Shown: positions 46,397 to 56,827 of the stretch, in pieces | Layout: each line of letters opens with the position of its first letter | How positions within the stretch are numbered: the first letter of the stretch is position 1 | Source: a virus | Lineage: Duplodnaviria; Caudoviricetes | Reading direction: 5' to 3' (one strand) | DNA: 64,000 nt | Virus record (IMG/VR): IMGVR_UViG_2706796186_000001 | Location: 128,001-192,000 of that record | Notes under the pieces: generated by a model | Told to the model about the DNA's origin: nothing | Databases searched by the model: none | Seen by the model: only the letters and a program-made list of their open reading frames with translations | Translations under genes and position numbers: made by a program

Positions 46397-47278
46397 ATGT
46401 TTCATGCTTCCGTAATCAAAGCCCTCGTAGCCCGTATCCAATCTCGTGACTTCTCTTATCCGCTGAATGCACTGAATGCGCTCAGTAACCTCATCGTCAT
46501 GCGCAACGCCGGTCTGAACACGGTTACGGTTTCTGAACTCGAAACGCTGCTCGGGTGTGAGCTGGAAAAGGCATTCCCGCTGCCTGCCATTCAAATCGTC
46601 GTTGACGGCGTTGAAAACACCGTGGCCATCAACGGTCACAAATTCCACACGCCGGATGAAGAAGCGGCGAAGCTGACGTGGCGTCCACACCCAGCATGGG
46701 GCATTGTGGTCAAAGACGAAGCGGGTGTTTACCAGCTTATCGCCTCCGCTGACCCGTACCGTATTCCGCGTGGTGAACTGTCTATTCCGTTTGACTATGC
46801 CGAGTACGAAGAATCCCTCGGTGCTATCAAGCAGGACAACATGCTGATGTCCCGCGGCCAGGTTATCTGGGAAATCCGTAATTGGTCTGACGTGTCGAAG
46901 ATTCTCAACTCCTGCGAATATTTCGAAATGGGTATTCAGCGTCGTCATCCACAGTTTAAGGATGAAATCCCCACCCTACTCGGCAACGAAGACGATCTGA
47001 AAACCACCTTCGTTGATATCAACCTGCTGGAAGAACGTGGTCTGGAAATCGGGGCTTACGGCAACTCCGTGCTGGAACTGGTTGACCGTCTGATTAAAGT
47101 CGAAGGTGAAACCGTGAAGGTGGACATCGATGAAGAACAGATGGCTATCGTAGCGAAGATTCACAAAGAGCTGGGCATCGATGCAATCGTCGAGCAGCTC
47201 CAGCGTGTCCCGGCCAAGAAGCGTACCCGCAAAGAAGTGCGCGGTATTATGGCTGCGTTCCTCGCTCAAGACAAATAA
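46397..47278 (+). CDS. hypothetical protein
   Basis: 293-aa ORF with RBS aagga; codon usage looks strongly biased (ctg/ggt/cgt). Confidence 0.75.
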   Translation: MFHASVIKALVARIQSRDFSYPLNALNALSNLIVMRNAGLNTVTVSELETLLGCELEKAFPLPAIQIVVDGVENTVAINGHKFHTPDEEAAKLTWRPHPAWGIVVKDEAGVYQLIASADPYRIPRGELSIPFDYAEYEESLGAIKQDNMLMSRGQVIWEIRNWSDVSKILNSCEYFEMGIQRRHPQFKDEIPTLLGNEDDLKTTFVDINLLEERGLEIGAYGNSVLELVDRLIKVEGETVKVDIDEEQMAIVAKIHKELGIDAIVEQLQRVPAKKRTRKEVRGIMAAFLAQDK

Positions 47279-47324
47279 ATAAAAAGCCTACCTACCCCGT
47301 CGGGGTAGGTAGCTTTATTTTTTT
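47276..47324. terminator. bidirectional terminator (repeat copy 1)
   Basis: ctacctacccc-gtc-ggggtaggtag with A/T tracts; near-identical to 57301..57350. Confidence 0.85.
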
Positions 47325-47940
47325 AATTTGTTAAGCCAGCATCTTTGATGATTTTCAACATGTTGTCGTTCATCACCTGCAACTCATTCGCACGCTGCGT
47401 TGCTGCTGCCAATTGCTCAGTCAGCGGAGCCGATTGACGAATGTTCGCTTTGCGTCGTGCTTCCATCTTGATATGGTCTTCCTCGGTGACAGTCCCCTCG
47501 TATTGCATGACGGTCAACTCACCGGTGGTTTCCACACCCACTTGCGATTTAATCAGCGCAATGATGTCATCATTCAGCTTACCCGCATCCACATAACTCG
47601 GCGTCAACCCCAAATCGAACACATACACATTACGGGTATACGAAATCGAGTTTTGTCCGGGGTAATCTGCCAAGAACGTGTTGGGCACATAACGGACTTC
47701 CCCATCGGTCGATTTGAACGTTAAGATTGCAGCCTTAACATCCGCATCGTCGAGATAGTCCTGCCGTGATAGCCCTTTTGGTTCGTAATACTTGAGATAA
47801 ACATCCTCACCATCACGTACCAGTTCGGGGAACGTACGAATGGCCTCGAGTTTGAAGACCACGTTGCTCGGAAACTCGTAGGGGTTATTCGCGGTGAACA
47901 ACCCGGCTAAGTTTACCTCTGGCGTTAAAGGTATCCGCAT
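47323..47940 (-). CDS. conserved phiKZ-like protein, probably virion structural
   Basis: 205 aa; RBS aaggag; co-oriented with 47951..49309. Confidence 0.65.
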   Translation of the reverse strand: MRIPLTPEVNLAGLFTANNPYEFPSNVVFKLEAIRTFPELVRDGEDVYLKYYEPKGLSRQDYLDDADVKAAILTFKSTDGEVRYVPNTFLADYPGQNSISYTRNVYVFDLGLTPSYVDAGKLNDDIIALIKSQVGVETTGELTVMQYEGTVTEEDHIKMEARRKANIRQSAPLTEQLAAATQRANELQVMNDNMLKIIKDAGLTN

Positions 47941-47950
47941 TTACGACTCC

Positions 47951-49309
47951 TTATTGCCAAACAGCGCTACGTGCCAGAACACGGAACTCCACGTTCTCGA
48001 ACTCAAAGACCCAGAAGGTTAACCCGTCGTGATCTTCATCTTCCATTTTCACCACGTTCAGGGATGAGTTATATGGATGGTACTCCTCGGCCGCAATCAA
48101 TGCTTCGAGGTATAAGCTCAACCATTCTGTGGTCGGTTTTGAAACACGGGAGATGTCCGGGTTGCTGCTGCCAATCAACGCGTAGTCTGGAATGATGTCC
48201 ATCAAGGACGCTTTCTTCTTATCATTCTCAGGGCCAGCGATTGCGATAGCATTGAGCGACTTATAAATGCTCGGCAAGTCAGAAACTTCCGTGGTCGGTA
48301 ACGGGATAGTACCGTTATTTTTCTCAGCAGCGGTGAGCGCGCGCCATTCGCCGAATTTGGAAATGGCTTTTACCTGGAGATCATATGGGAACAGGGGCAA
48401 ATATAATGCTGCGACGTCTTCTTGGTTTGGAATCCCTCGGATAGACCAGCCAGGAATGATGGTGAATTTGGTAGTGGTGAAGATTTCCGGGAAGACCGGC
48501 ACCCAATCCTTATTCCCATAATCCGAGTTCGCCAGAATGTAATCGCGTAATGCTTGTTTCTGGCGAGTTGGGTTCAAACCTGCCCGACCGTAGATTATGA
48601 GGGTCATCGGAATGACCAATGTAGCCTCGTAGTCCTCGCGGTCGTGCCAGGTGTAGTTGTGCGTTAAACGCGCCGTAAATGGATAACCGTCAGCGAGCAC
48701 GTTGACTTTATCGTCGTGGTCGGGTAAGTTGAAAGATTCCATCGCTTTTGCGACAACCGTTTTGACAGCCTGGAAGGTGTCAACCGGCATGATGGGCATC
48801 TGCACTTCAATTTCCCAGCCAAGATAATCTTGATCAAAATCAGCGTCTGAGAACCAAACCATAATTTGGTTATCAACATCGGATGGACTTTCTACTTTGT
48901 CCACCGTGGTTTCGAATTTCCAGCTCACCCAGCGTGGGAACCAGTTACCGTTTGCCTGAATCATGGCACCCGTCTGCACATTGCTGATTGTGGTTTGGAA
49001 TTGTCCCACTAACAAACGCTGAAACTCTGACTCGTCATTTTTCGTGTTGCCCAGAATCGCTTGGTTGTAAATCCACTGGGTCAGCGCGAGGACATGGTCA
49101 GTAAAGAGTGCCGGTACTTTTATCTTCGTCTCATCGCGAAGATACGTGAACGCCACTAATTCAACCTGAAGGTTAGCCTTAGCGAATTTTTGTTTATTCT
49201 TCGCAAAAGACCAACTTTGATCGGATAACTCACCTACTGGAGCAACTGCACCTTCAGGAGCGTTATCGATTAGTGCCGGTATTTCGATGAAGCCTTGTAA
49301 ATTGAACAT
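47951..49309 (-). CDS. conserved phiKZ-like virion structural protein
   Basis: Start revised to ATG 49309 (MFNLQGF, RBS ggag), which removes the overlap with the divergent gene. Confidence 0.65.
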   Translation of the reverse strand: MFNLQGFIEIPALIDNAPEGAVAPVGELSDQSWSFAKNKQKFAKANLQVELVAFTYLRDETKIKVPALFTDHVLALTQWIYNQAILGNTKNDESEFQRLLVGQFQTTISNVQTGAMIQANGNWFPRWVSWKFETTVDKVESPSDVDNQIMVWFSDADFDQDYLGWEIEVQMPIMPVDTFQAVKTVVAKAMESFNLPDHDDKVNVLADGYPFTARLTHNYTWHDREDYEATLVIPMTLIIYGRAGLNPTRQKQALRDYILANSDYGNKDWVPVFPEIFTTTKFTIIPGWSIRGIPNQEDVAALYLPLFPYDLQVKAISKFGEWRALTAAEKNNGTIPLPTTEVSDLPSIYKSLNAIAIAGPENDKKKASLMDIIPDYALIGSSNPDISRVSKPTTEWLSLYLEALIAAEEYHPYNSSLNVVKMEDEDHDGLTFWVFEFENVEFRVLARSAVWQ

Positions 49310-49331
49310 AAAAATAAACTCCGAGGTGAGC

Positions 49332-49820
49332 ATGATAGCTGCAATTATTAAACTGCTTCCTTTTCTCCAGTTGCTTCTAGAAGCATTCAAGCCGGGGGAT
49401 GGAGAAAAGGTAACCCGAGCCAATAAAATCACAGCACTCGCAATCGTTTTACTTCTGACGTATTCACTCTTTGTGTCGTACGCCTACGTTGACCAGTTTC
49501 ATAAATTGGTTCAGATTCGAGAACACGACCAGTACGTCGCTCGCCAGAACGACGAGCGTGGAGAGACCATCAAAACGCAGGCGGATGAGTTAAGAACGCT
49601 CTACAGCCGCATTTTCGAATGCTTGAGCAATCGACCATATGATGGCGCGAAGGGCGCAGCAAGTGTACCACCTCCTGCTCCAGTGGCGGTACCGCAAACA
49701 CCGGTTCACACCGAAACCAAAACCGCCGACAACAAGCGCGAGGCTGCTGCTAAGCCGGTAGGTGTAGTAGATATGAGTCAGTTCCGTCAAGAACTGCTCA
49801 AGAACTTAAACGAGGAGTGA
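49332..49820 (+). CDS. putative i-spanin (Rz-like)
   Basis: ATG 49332 with RBS gaggtg; TM helix, then coiled coil, a single Cys and a Pro-rich linker; directly followed by a lipoprotein gene. Confidence 0.5.
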   Translation: MIAAIIKLLPFLQLLLEAFKPGDGEKVTRANKITALAIVLLLTYSLFVSYAYVDQFHKLVQIREHDQYVARQNDERGETIKTQADELRTLYSRIFECLSNRPYDGAKGAASVPPPAPVAVPQTPVHTETKTADNKREAAAKPVGVVDMSQFRQELLKNLNEE

Positions 49821-50287
49821 AAATGAGGGTCATGCTAATTTGCTTATCGCTGTTGCTCACAGCGTGTAGCAGCTGGGCACCCGTCAAGACGACCACTGCA
49901 AACACTGAGTGGTCGGTTCGTGAACTTGGACCACCCCCTGTTTATCCACAAGGGGTAGTAAATCTGGATGACCCGCGATACCGTTCGTGGGTGGCAGATG
50001 TTAATGCGTATGCGTACTACGTGTTCGTGTACGCCCGTAATCTTAACGATTACGCCAGAGTTCATGGATGGCGGCCACCGCAAGTTGCACCCATTTGTGA
50101 GAAGTTTGATTTGTGGGTGGTTCATCCCATTCCACAACGCATTACCTTGGACGAACGTGCTCGCCGTCCTGAGGACATCTCACGCGATTTGGCAACGCAA
50201 CTCAAGCGCATTCTACTGAACTACCGTGAAGATCGTAAGTCTTTCCAGAAAGCATACGAAGCCCACCTTAGCACATGCCTTAACTAA
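49817..50287 (+). CDS. lipoprotein, putative o-spanin (Rz1-like)
   Basis: Lipobox LLTA-C; Pro-rich; GTGA overlap with the upstream gene. Confidence 0.55.
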   Translation: MKMRVMLICLSLLLTACSSWAPVKTTTANTEWSVRELGPPPVYPQGVVNLDDPRYRSWVADVNAYAYYVFVYARNLNDYARVHGWRPPQVAPICEKFDLWVVHPIPQRITLDERARRPEDISRDLATQLKRILLNYREDRKSFQKAYEAHLSTCLN

Positions 50288-50291
50288 AACA

Positions 50292-50331
50292 CGACACCTA
50301 TTCCTTCGGGGGTAGGTGTCGCTTTATTTTT
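50292..50331 (+). terminator. intrinsic terminator
   Basis: cgacacctattcc-ttcg-ggggtaggtgtcg followed by a T tract. Confidence 0.8.
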
Positions 50332-50375
50332 ACACAACCAACCCATCTAATGTATACCCACAGGAGAGTTTAATC

Positions 50376-51131
50376 ATGACCGAAGTCACCCCAACCAAAC
50401 GCACGCCGAATATCTTCGATGCACCCGATATCCATATCCCAACCATCGTCATCGGTATCGACGCCGAGACTAAGTCAACCCGCGCCGATGCGTATCCGGT
50501 TGCCATTGGGGCAGGGGCATGGGACATCGCCACAATGCGTCTTATCGCGACGCATTACCAGACCATCGACCCGAACGATGAGAAGGCCAAAGCCATCTTC
50601 CATGAAGACCCATACACCATGGCGTGGTGGCGTGGGGAAGGGGATAACCCAGACTATGCTCCATCGCGTGAAGCGTATGCCGAAGCATTCTCCGGCACCA
50701 TGCCGATGCCAGAAGCGTTGTGGGGGATGTACAACTTCCTTGAGAAGTTCAAATCTCACAAGGTTGCACTGACTATGCGTGGCCCAGAGTTCGATCAACC
50801 GATTCTGATGAACGCCTTTGCCCAGTGTGATGTCCCGACGAGTCTCCTGAAACGTTTCTCAATGCTGGACTCTGACCGGACGGCTGAGCGTATTATGCAC
50901 GCTTTCAACCTGACGCCGGACTACCGTGCGGAATCACATAACTGGACGCGCGGTAAAGACGCTTATCTGCACCATGCCTGTTTTGATGCAGCGCGTGAAG
51001 GTTACATTACTGCCCGTATTTATCACTTAGCGCTGGTTGCGCGGTTGCACGGCTTTGACCGTATGCTTGAAGCGCACAACCAACTGATGACCGGTGAATA
51101 TACGGCTATGGATTATCTGAGAGAGGAATAA
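50376..51131 (+). CDS. DEDDh 3'-5' exonuclease/exoribonuclease
   Basis: GIDAET (ExoI), RGPEFDQPIL (ExoII), HHACFDA (ExoIII); ATG 50376 with RBS aggag. Confidence 0.8.
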   Translation: MTEVTPTKRTPNIFDAPDIHIPTIVIGIDAETKSTRADAYPVAIGAGAWDIATMRLIATHYQTIDPNDEKAKAIFHEDPYTMAWWRGEGDNPDYAPSREAYAEAFSGTMPMPEALWGMYNFLEKFKSHKVALTMRGPEFDQPILMNAFAQCDVPTSLLKRFSMLDSDRTAERIMHAFNLTPDYRAESHNWTRGKDAYLHHACFDAAREGYITARIYHLALVARLHGFDRMLEAHNQLMTGEYTAMDYLREE

Positions 51132-52651
51132 TGGACGTTAAAGAGTACGATCATGTCGTCGTCTATACGGACGGTAGTCGTGTAGGCCCTCCAAATGGTA
51201 CGGGGGGCGGTATCCACGGGTACGCTTTCAACAGTGGGGTGTTAAATGAAAACACCCCGTACAGCCTGCCGGACGTAGAGGAGTGTGTCACGACCAACGG
51301 GTACAAGAAGTTCCCGAAGGACATTAAGAAGCCCACGGTACCTGAAACAGTTGATTTCTTCGACTGTGTAATTCCCGTTCCGGCGGAGTTCTGGTCGGAC
51401 GTGGCAGAACTGATGGCATTTATCAGTCTCTTTGAAAACTCACCTATCCTTGCCAAGAACTACACCATCTATATCGATGCGTCTTACGTGGTCAACGCGT
51501 GGAACGATTGGATGGACGGATGGCGTAAGCGCGGTTGGACGAAGGCAGACGGTACCCCGATTGCTAACGTCAACCTTATCAAGAAGATTGATGAGATTAA
51601 GACCCGTTTGCGTCAAGAAGGCCGTTCTATCCGCGTGATCAAAATCAAAGGCCACGCAGGGTTCTACGGTAACGAGCGTGCAGACATGATGGCGCGTAAA
51701 GCCTCATCAATGGTTGCTGCGGGTCAAGGGGTTGAGTACCGTCCGTTGTGGAGCGTCTCCGGTGAGCTGCCTGTGGAACCCGAAGCTGAGGTCATGGGTA
51801 GCGACGGCAGTTTACTCAACATGCCAAAAATCACCAACACGAAGTTCTGCTATCCGTTAGTGAATGAGGAACACCCAACCTTGTCCATTAACGGTGAAAG
51901 CTGGAAATACATGTTCGGTGGGAACCACGCAAAGAACAAGGAAGATATCGTGTTCATCGGTAAGATGATACCCGATGCGCAGTTTGCGGTGTTCCTGAGT
52001 AAAGACGGTTGGGATAACATTTACCAGTTGGTCAACAAGCACAACGAATTGGCGTGGGATAATATCCCGCCGATGAAACGTTATGACCCAATTGCCATTG
52101 TGTACAACACGATGATTAAGCGCAAGAAGTTCCAAGACGCTGCGAAAGAAGGGTTGCCGGTTAATCTGATGAAATTCAGTGAAGACGGGAACCTGTGGAT
52201 GTACGATGACCTTGCAATTACGCGTGTCGTGCGCCCAGCGCTGCTCTCTTACCGTGCGTTGGAAATCCGTGATGAACTGGCTGCCTTTTTACGCGACGGC
52301 GTAGAAGACCGCTCAAGCGTTGTGCTGAACGATATCACCCATCTGCTATTTGATGAGAAAGACAAGCCGGTGAAGACCTTCTACCGTAATGTCGATGTCA
52401 GCTTCAACGTGAAGGTCAACTACCCTGAAAGTGACAAGCAGATTCCGATTATCCTGACCCGTAATATCGACATGCCGGATCGTACCGACATGAACCGTAT
52501 CATGGAGCCAGGCGGTAAATGGTACGTGGCTTGTCGTCGTCCCCAGAAACGTTGCGTGGAGTTTGCTGTAGTCTACATTGGTAAGGAATACCATGGACTG
52601 TGGTGTGGCTATTATGCCAACAAACGCATCCTGAGAGAAGAGGAAGTGTAA
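51131..52651 (+). CDS. rnh: ribonuclease HI with C-terminal extension
   Basis: VYTDGS, AELMA, IDASYV, W..GW.KADG.P..N, KGHAG..GNERAD. Confidence 0.9.
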   Translation: MDVKEYDHVVVYTDGSRVGPPNGTGGGIHGYAFNSGVLNENTPYSLPDVEECVTTNGYKKFPKDIKKPTVPETVDFFDCVIPVPAEFWSDVAELMAFISLFENSPILAKNYTIYIDASYVVNAWNDWMDGWRKRGWTKADGTPIANVNLIKKIDEIKTRLRQEGRSIRVIKIKGHAGFYGNERADMMARKASSMVAAGQGVEYRPLWSVSGELPVEPEAEVMGSDGSLLNMPKITNTKFCYPLVNEEHPTLSINGESWKYMFGGNHAKNKEDIVFIGKMIPDAQFAVFLSKDGWDNIYQLVNKHNELAWDNIPPMKRYDPIAIVYNTMIKRKKFQDAAKEGLPVNLMKFSEDGNLWMYDDLAITRVVRPALLSYRALEIRDELAAFLRDGVEDRSSVVLNDITHLLFDEKDKPVKTFYRNVDVSFNVKVNYPESDKQIPIILTRNIDMPDRTDMNRIMEPGGKWYVACRRPQKRCVEFAVVYIGKEYHGLWCGYYANKRILREEEV

Positions 52652-53403
52652 TGCAGAAGTTGCACAGCCAAACGCTTGTGATGCACACCGCGCAGTTGGT
52701 GGAGTCGATGGCGGACTACGCGTTTCTCACGTATGTGAAAGACCGTGCACGGTGTCAGGTGGAAGGGATTCCACCGTTTGATTGTCGTGAGATTGGGAAG
52801 CAGGCCATGGCGGAAGTCGTGGCTGAACTCCTGCTCGATGCGATCATGGGAATTAACGCCAACACCGGTTTCAGTTATCGCGGCGTCGTGAAGATGCCGG
52901 TTATCCACACTGAGAAGTATCAGAACTGGCGTGATTCAGGTAATTGTGGGATGTTCACCATCGAAGAGATGTTTGACGCCCATTGTCGCGAGTTACCACT
53001 GGGGCCACTCATCGAAGGCGCTATCCGCTGGTACACCAGTGAGTTTGTCAACGAGATCATGGCACTGATCAACAACGATTGGTACTGTGACCGAGAAAAT
53101 GAACTCGTTATCTTTACCAATCGTGAGTTGCTCGTGAAGCAGATTCTCAACGGGACGGTGGTGTTGCCATTGCTGGCGAAGGAAGATTACGAATTTGCCG
53201 CTGAGGCGGACAGCTTCGAAGCAATTCGTGACGAAGTCTTCCAATGGCCATACTCGTTTGTCACCCAAAACGAGATGAAGGTGTTGCACGAACGTATTCC
53301 GTCTTTCATCCTCTCGCCAGAAGACCAAGATTCCGATGAAGATCCTACGGTCGAACTCTACGTCTTGAAGCCAGAAGTGATTGATAGAATCAAAAAACTC
53401 TGA
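52651..53403 (+). CDS. hypothetical acidic protein
   Basis: TAATG coupling to RNase H; RBS gagga. Confidence 0.65.
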   Translation: MQKLHSQTLVMHTAQLVESMADYAFLTYVKDRARCQVEGIPPFDCREIGKQAMAEVVAELLLDAIMGINANTGFSYRGVVKMPVIHTEKYQNWRDSGNCGMFTIEEMFDAHCRELPLGPLIEGAIRWYTSEFVNEIMALINNDWYCDRENELVIFTNRELLVKQILNGTVVLPLLAKEDYEFAAEADSFEAIRDEVFQWPYSFVTQNEMKVLHERIPSFILSPEDQDSDEDPTVELYVLKPEVIDRIKKL

Positions 53404-53424
53404 GATAGATATTATCTTGGTGAG
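53398..53424 (+). promoter_or_regulatory. putative early promoter
   Basis: ctctgagatagatattatcttggtgag, a variant of the 31679/34746/62137 motif. Confidence 0.65.
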
Positions 53425-53445
53425 CAGTCTATAAGGAGTATCAAA

Positions 53446-54180
53446 ATGCTTCGTGTCAACACCCCCGAACTCCTTCTCTTTAACCCCTCGCTTGTCGAGG
53501 GGTTGTTCGACAAGATGTGGGAGCGATACTTTAGAGAGGAGATGAATTCTGACCCGTGGTGGGAACGCTACCGTGGTGACTTCTTTCTGGACTCTTCGCA
53601 GATTACGCTGGATGTGTTCAGCCGCTGTGTCGAAGAAGTAGTACAAGCTGCAAACCTGCGTCGTCCGATGGACTTCAATTACATCACGTTTGATTTTTCA
53701 TGGTACATGGACAATTACAACTACGAATGTGATTTGGGGATAGACGACCAAGAGAAGATTGAAAACAAGATGTTTGATTTCTTCCACTTTGCAATTAACC
53801 AATTGGTTTCACAGGAGTTCTTAGATGCGGCATGCAAACGACTAACCCCGACATGGGAATCCTTAACGGAACTCGTGGGGCAGCGTGGCATTGTGGGCTT
53901 CTGGTACGAACCCTGTCAAGGCCAGATGCACATGGACTCAGGACGTGACCACGTCTGGGCGGTGCAAGAAGGGGATTATGACGCTGAGCTGTATGCTGAG
54001 TGGCAAGGTGCGGTTGCAGGCACACTCTTTTACCACGCCACCATTGGCGATGGTAATGAGTTTTATTTATTTAATGGGTCGCTTATCCAAGACGGACAAA
54101 CACTTGACCACATCCCACTTGGGGAGATGGTGACACTGTGTCGTCTGACTGAACAAGCACAAACTATCATTGACCTTTAA
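53446..54180 (+). CDS. hypothetical acidic protein
   Basis: RBS aaggag; first gene after the promoter. Confidence 0.7.
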   Translation: MLRVNTPELLLFNPSLVEGLFDKMWERYFREEMNSDPWWERYRGDFFLDSSQITLDVFSRCVEEVVQAANLRRPMDFNYITFDFSWYMDNYNYECDLGIDDQEKIENKMFDFFHFAINQLVSQEFLDAACKRLTPTWESLTELVGQRGIVGFWYEPCQGQMHMDSGRDHVWAVQEGDYDAELYAEWQGAVAGTLFYHATIGDGNEFYLFNGSLIQDGQTLDHIPLGEMVTLCRLTEQAQTIIDL

Positions 54181-54192
54181 GGAGTATCTACC

Positions 54193-54561
54193 ATGAAACT
54201 TGATCAAGCTATCCAACAGTATGTTACCCAATTCGACCGACACGGCCTGTTCCTGCTGCGCTTCACTAACGAAACCCAACTGCTGGAGCACAACCCAAAA
54301 ACGTTTGCCGTGGTGTATGAAAACGACGGCATCGGTGAACCAGAGCGTATGACGCTGCGTAAGCTGCGTCAAGATGCCATTGAAGCCAAGGTCGTTCATG
54401 TTCAACCTGTCGTCTGTGCCCAAGGCTGGCCGGGTAAGCTCGATGTCGAAGCAGACGTGGTGTTAACTGTCGTGCAGGACGGTGACGTGCGTCGACTGGT
54501 GCCTGTAAAATGGCGTACCCTTGACACCCTGCCAGACGGCGTTGAATTCACGGAGTTGTAA
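54193..54561 (+). CDS. hypothetical protein
   Basis: RBS aaggag. Confidence 0.7.
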   Translation: MKLDQAIQQYVTQFDRHGLFLLRFTNETQLLEHNPKTFAVVYENDGIGEPERMTLRKLRQDAIEAKVVHVQPVVCAQGWPGKLDVEADVVLTVVQDGDVRRLVPVKWRTLDTLPDGVEFTEL

Positions 54562-54563
54562 GT

Positions 54564-55301
54564 ATGGATATGCGTCCCGTCAGGTTATACCTGCTGACGG
54601 CGCTTCACGATCATTTGATGCGTCTCGGTGAGGCGCGTCATATCGCGAAGACAGCGTATCTGATGATTGCGCGAGAAATCGCGCGGTCTGACTTACGTGA
54701 CCGTCACAAATGGCTGTTAACGGATGTGTGCGAGCGTTTGAAAGCACGCGTCTATTCGGATGAACTTACCCGTGCCCTTTCCTACGTCTGGGTCTATGAT
54801 GACATTCGGGACGAATCCTTTCTCGACAACAGCGCACGGGTGGTTAAGTTAATCGAACGGGTGACCAACGATTACTACGCAACCACGGGTGGCCTCACAA
54901 CCGAAGTGAATATCCAAAGCTCCATCTTGGATTCGCTTCGTGAGACTGCCAATCATCTCGATGCGCCCATTCTTTTTTCTACCGACTATGACCTGTTGCG
55001 TTTTCGCATCTGGTTTACTGGGGAAATGGATGACGTCGACATGCACGAGCTGTGGTGTCATGACGTGCACAGCATGGATGAATGGACGTCCCTGCTTACG
55101 ACCTACCCATCGGAGAAATACTTGTGGCGTCAAGATCACGAGCCGCTGCTTCCAGAGAGATTAGATGAAGAAGGTTACGACATCGAAGCGTTCTGGAAAA
55201 ACATCACGATTCTCAGTTTGGACAAGCTCTACGTCGAAGCGAAGGAGCGTCTGTGCTCCGAGGATGAAGACCGATGCGAACTGTACACAGCTATGCACTG
55301 A
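54564..55301 (+). CDS. hypothetical protein
   Basis: Tightly packed operon; RBS ggag. Confidence 0.65.
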   Translation: MDMRPVRLYLLTALHDHLMRLGEARHIAKTAYLMIAREIARSDLRDRHKWLLTDVCERLKARVYSDELTRALSYVWVYDDIRDESFLDNSARVVKLIERVTNDYYATTGGLTTEVNIQSSILDSLRETANHLDAPILFSTDYDLLRFRIWFTGEMDDVDMHELWCHDVHSMDEWTSLLTTYPSEKYLWRQDHEPLLPERLDEEGYDIEAFWKNITILSLDKLYVEAKERLCSEDEDRCELYTAMH

Positions 55302-55690
55302 TGATGTTCCAAGCGTGGTGGCCAAAGCTCACGGAAGGGATTATTGGCGTGTCGGGGTGGGAATATGTGCTGGTGACCTCGTACCTGATAGAGTGTGCGA
55401 AGAACGGCCTTATCCTGCCCAGTGAACGTCGTCAGGCGATGCTGATGGAGAAACTTGACTCCATGTATCCCGCGGCGATGTTCCAACACCGTAAGCATTT
55501 GTTCCATGCTGCGCTTGTTGAGTTAGGTGATGAACGTACTGCGATTATCGTGAAGAAAATACGCGATGAGATGGTTAATGTGTCACGCGAACTTAATCTG
55601 GTTTGGGTCGGTGTGTCGTACACACCGTTAGATGTTGTTCGTTGTCGTTACCAAGTTAATTTCGCAGCCACAACCCGAGGTGTTGCATGA
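55301..55690 (+). CDS. hypothetical protein
   Basis: TGATG coupling at 55299-55303. Confidence 0.6.
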   Translation: MMFQAWWPKLTEGIIGVSGWEYVLVTSYLIECAKNGLILPSERRQAMLMEKLDSMYPAAMFQHRKHLFHAALVELGDERTAIIVKKIRDEMVNVSRELNLVWVGVSYTPLDVVRCRYQVNFAATTRGVA

Positions 55691-56226
55691 AAGTATTATT
55701 AGACTTCTCGTTATCAGAATCGCGGGCAAAGCTCGATGCGGTTTTGCTGGCGATGAAGAAGTCATTGGAGTTCGAAGTCCACAACGCGCTCGCGGAGTAT
55801 GAGCGTACGTTAAAAGTGGAAACGGGCGATACCTATTGTCTGGTCGATGCCGAGGGGATTGTCAAAACCACGGTCGATGGGATGATTGATAAAGTCCGTA
55901 ACGTCCTCAGTACCCCACTGCCAGTTATGGTGGCACACTGGGACGATGGGGCCGATGTACTTGACCTGATTCGCGATGCCTTTGAGAAAGGTGCAGCGAA
56001 CATGGAAAGTATGGCACTGGGTGATGCTACCGAAGTGTACGTGACCGTCCCGATGAAAGAGGGCGGTAACAACTTTGAGATGGTGTCTCTGCACGAGGTG
56101 CTGAACACGGCCAATTCGCAGGCGATTGATAAGATACTGAACGACGCGTGTGTTAAAGTGCGCGACATCTGTATCAAAGAGATTGTCTACATTCAGGAAA
56201 AACTCTTGAAGGGAGCTACCTGGTGA
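55687..56226 (+). CDS. hypothetical protein
   Basis: ATGA overlap; RBS gaggt. Confidence 0.65.
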   Translation: MKVLLDFSLSESRAKLDAVLLAMKKSLEFEVHNALAEYERTLKVETGDTYCLVDAEGIVKTTVDGMIDKVRNVLSTPLPVMVAHWDDGADVLDLIRDAFEKGAANMESMALGDATEVYVTVPMKEGGNNFEMVSLHEVLNTANSQAIDKILNDACVKVRDICIKEIVYIQEKLLKGATW

Positions 56227-56825
56227 AACTCCACATTAACCTGACCCCCAGTAACTTTGAAAAGCACTGGCCGGAAATGATGATGCAAATCCGTGAGTCG
56301 ATGGATGCGTTCATGCATGAGTTTACCGGCTTGGCGGTAGAAGACAACAAACTTCTCACGCTGCCACTCTGGTCTGTTTTGTTTGATCCGATATCGCGGT
56401 TGTCTAACTCCATGCTGACGTTTGAATTTGACAAGACAGACATCGAAGATAAACGTATTGAGAAGAACATCGAGATTATCACCCTCGATACGAAACTCGA
56501 CAGCGTGCTGGAAGACATTCGCGATGCGGTGAACTACGAGTTGAATGAGTTCAAGACATCCACCACTGCGAATGAAGCACTCAACGAATGGTTAAAAGAG
56601 ATGTCTGACGAAACCCGTGGTAAGTTACGGGATGAGTTGGTTGGGTTGGTTCATCGACACATCTCGACACTACTCGATATCCTGTTCGCGCAACTGACAG
56701 CGGAAATCATCGAAATCTCGTTCCGCTTTCGCCCGCGTCCGGTGTTAGTGTCAACGGATGGTGGTACGAAGATGGTAGGACGTATATCGGATATGATTCA
56801 GGACGTCCCTGACGAACCGGCTTAA
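56223..56825 (+). CDS. hypothetical acidic protein
   Basis: GTGA overlap; RBS gggag. Confidence 0.65.
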   Translation: MKLHINLTPSNFEKHWPEMMMQIRESMDAFMHEFTGLAVEDNKLLTLPLWSVLFDPISRLSNSMLTFEFDKTDIEDKRIEKNIEIITLDTKLDSVLEDIRDAVNYELNEFKTSTTANEALNEWLKEMSDETRGKLRDELVGLVHRHISTLLDILFAQLTAEIIEISFRFRPRPVLVSTDGGTKMVGRISDMIQDVPDEPA

Positions 56826-56827
56826 CC

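Noticed and set aside
46364-46948. Long antisense ORFs here and at 15799..16491, 52993..53646 and 57644..58171
   Set aside because: They lie opposite well-supported genes, lack recognisable motifs, and are expected from codon bias.
49287-49432. Apparent head-to-head overlap of 47951..49432 and 49287..49820
   Set aside because: An artefact of longest-ORF calling. RBS-supported starts at 49309 (-) and 49332 (+) remove it.
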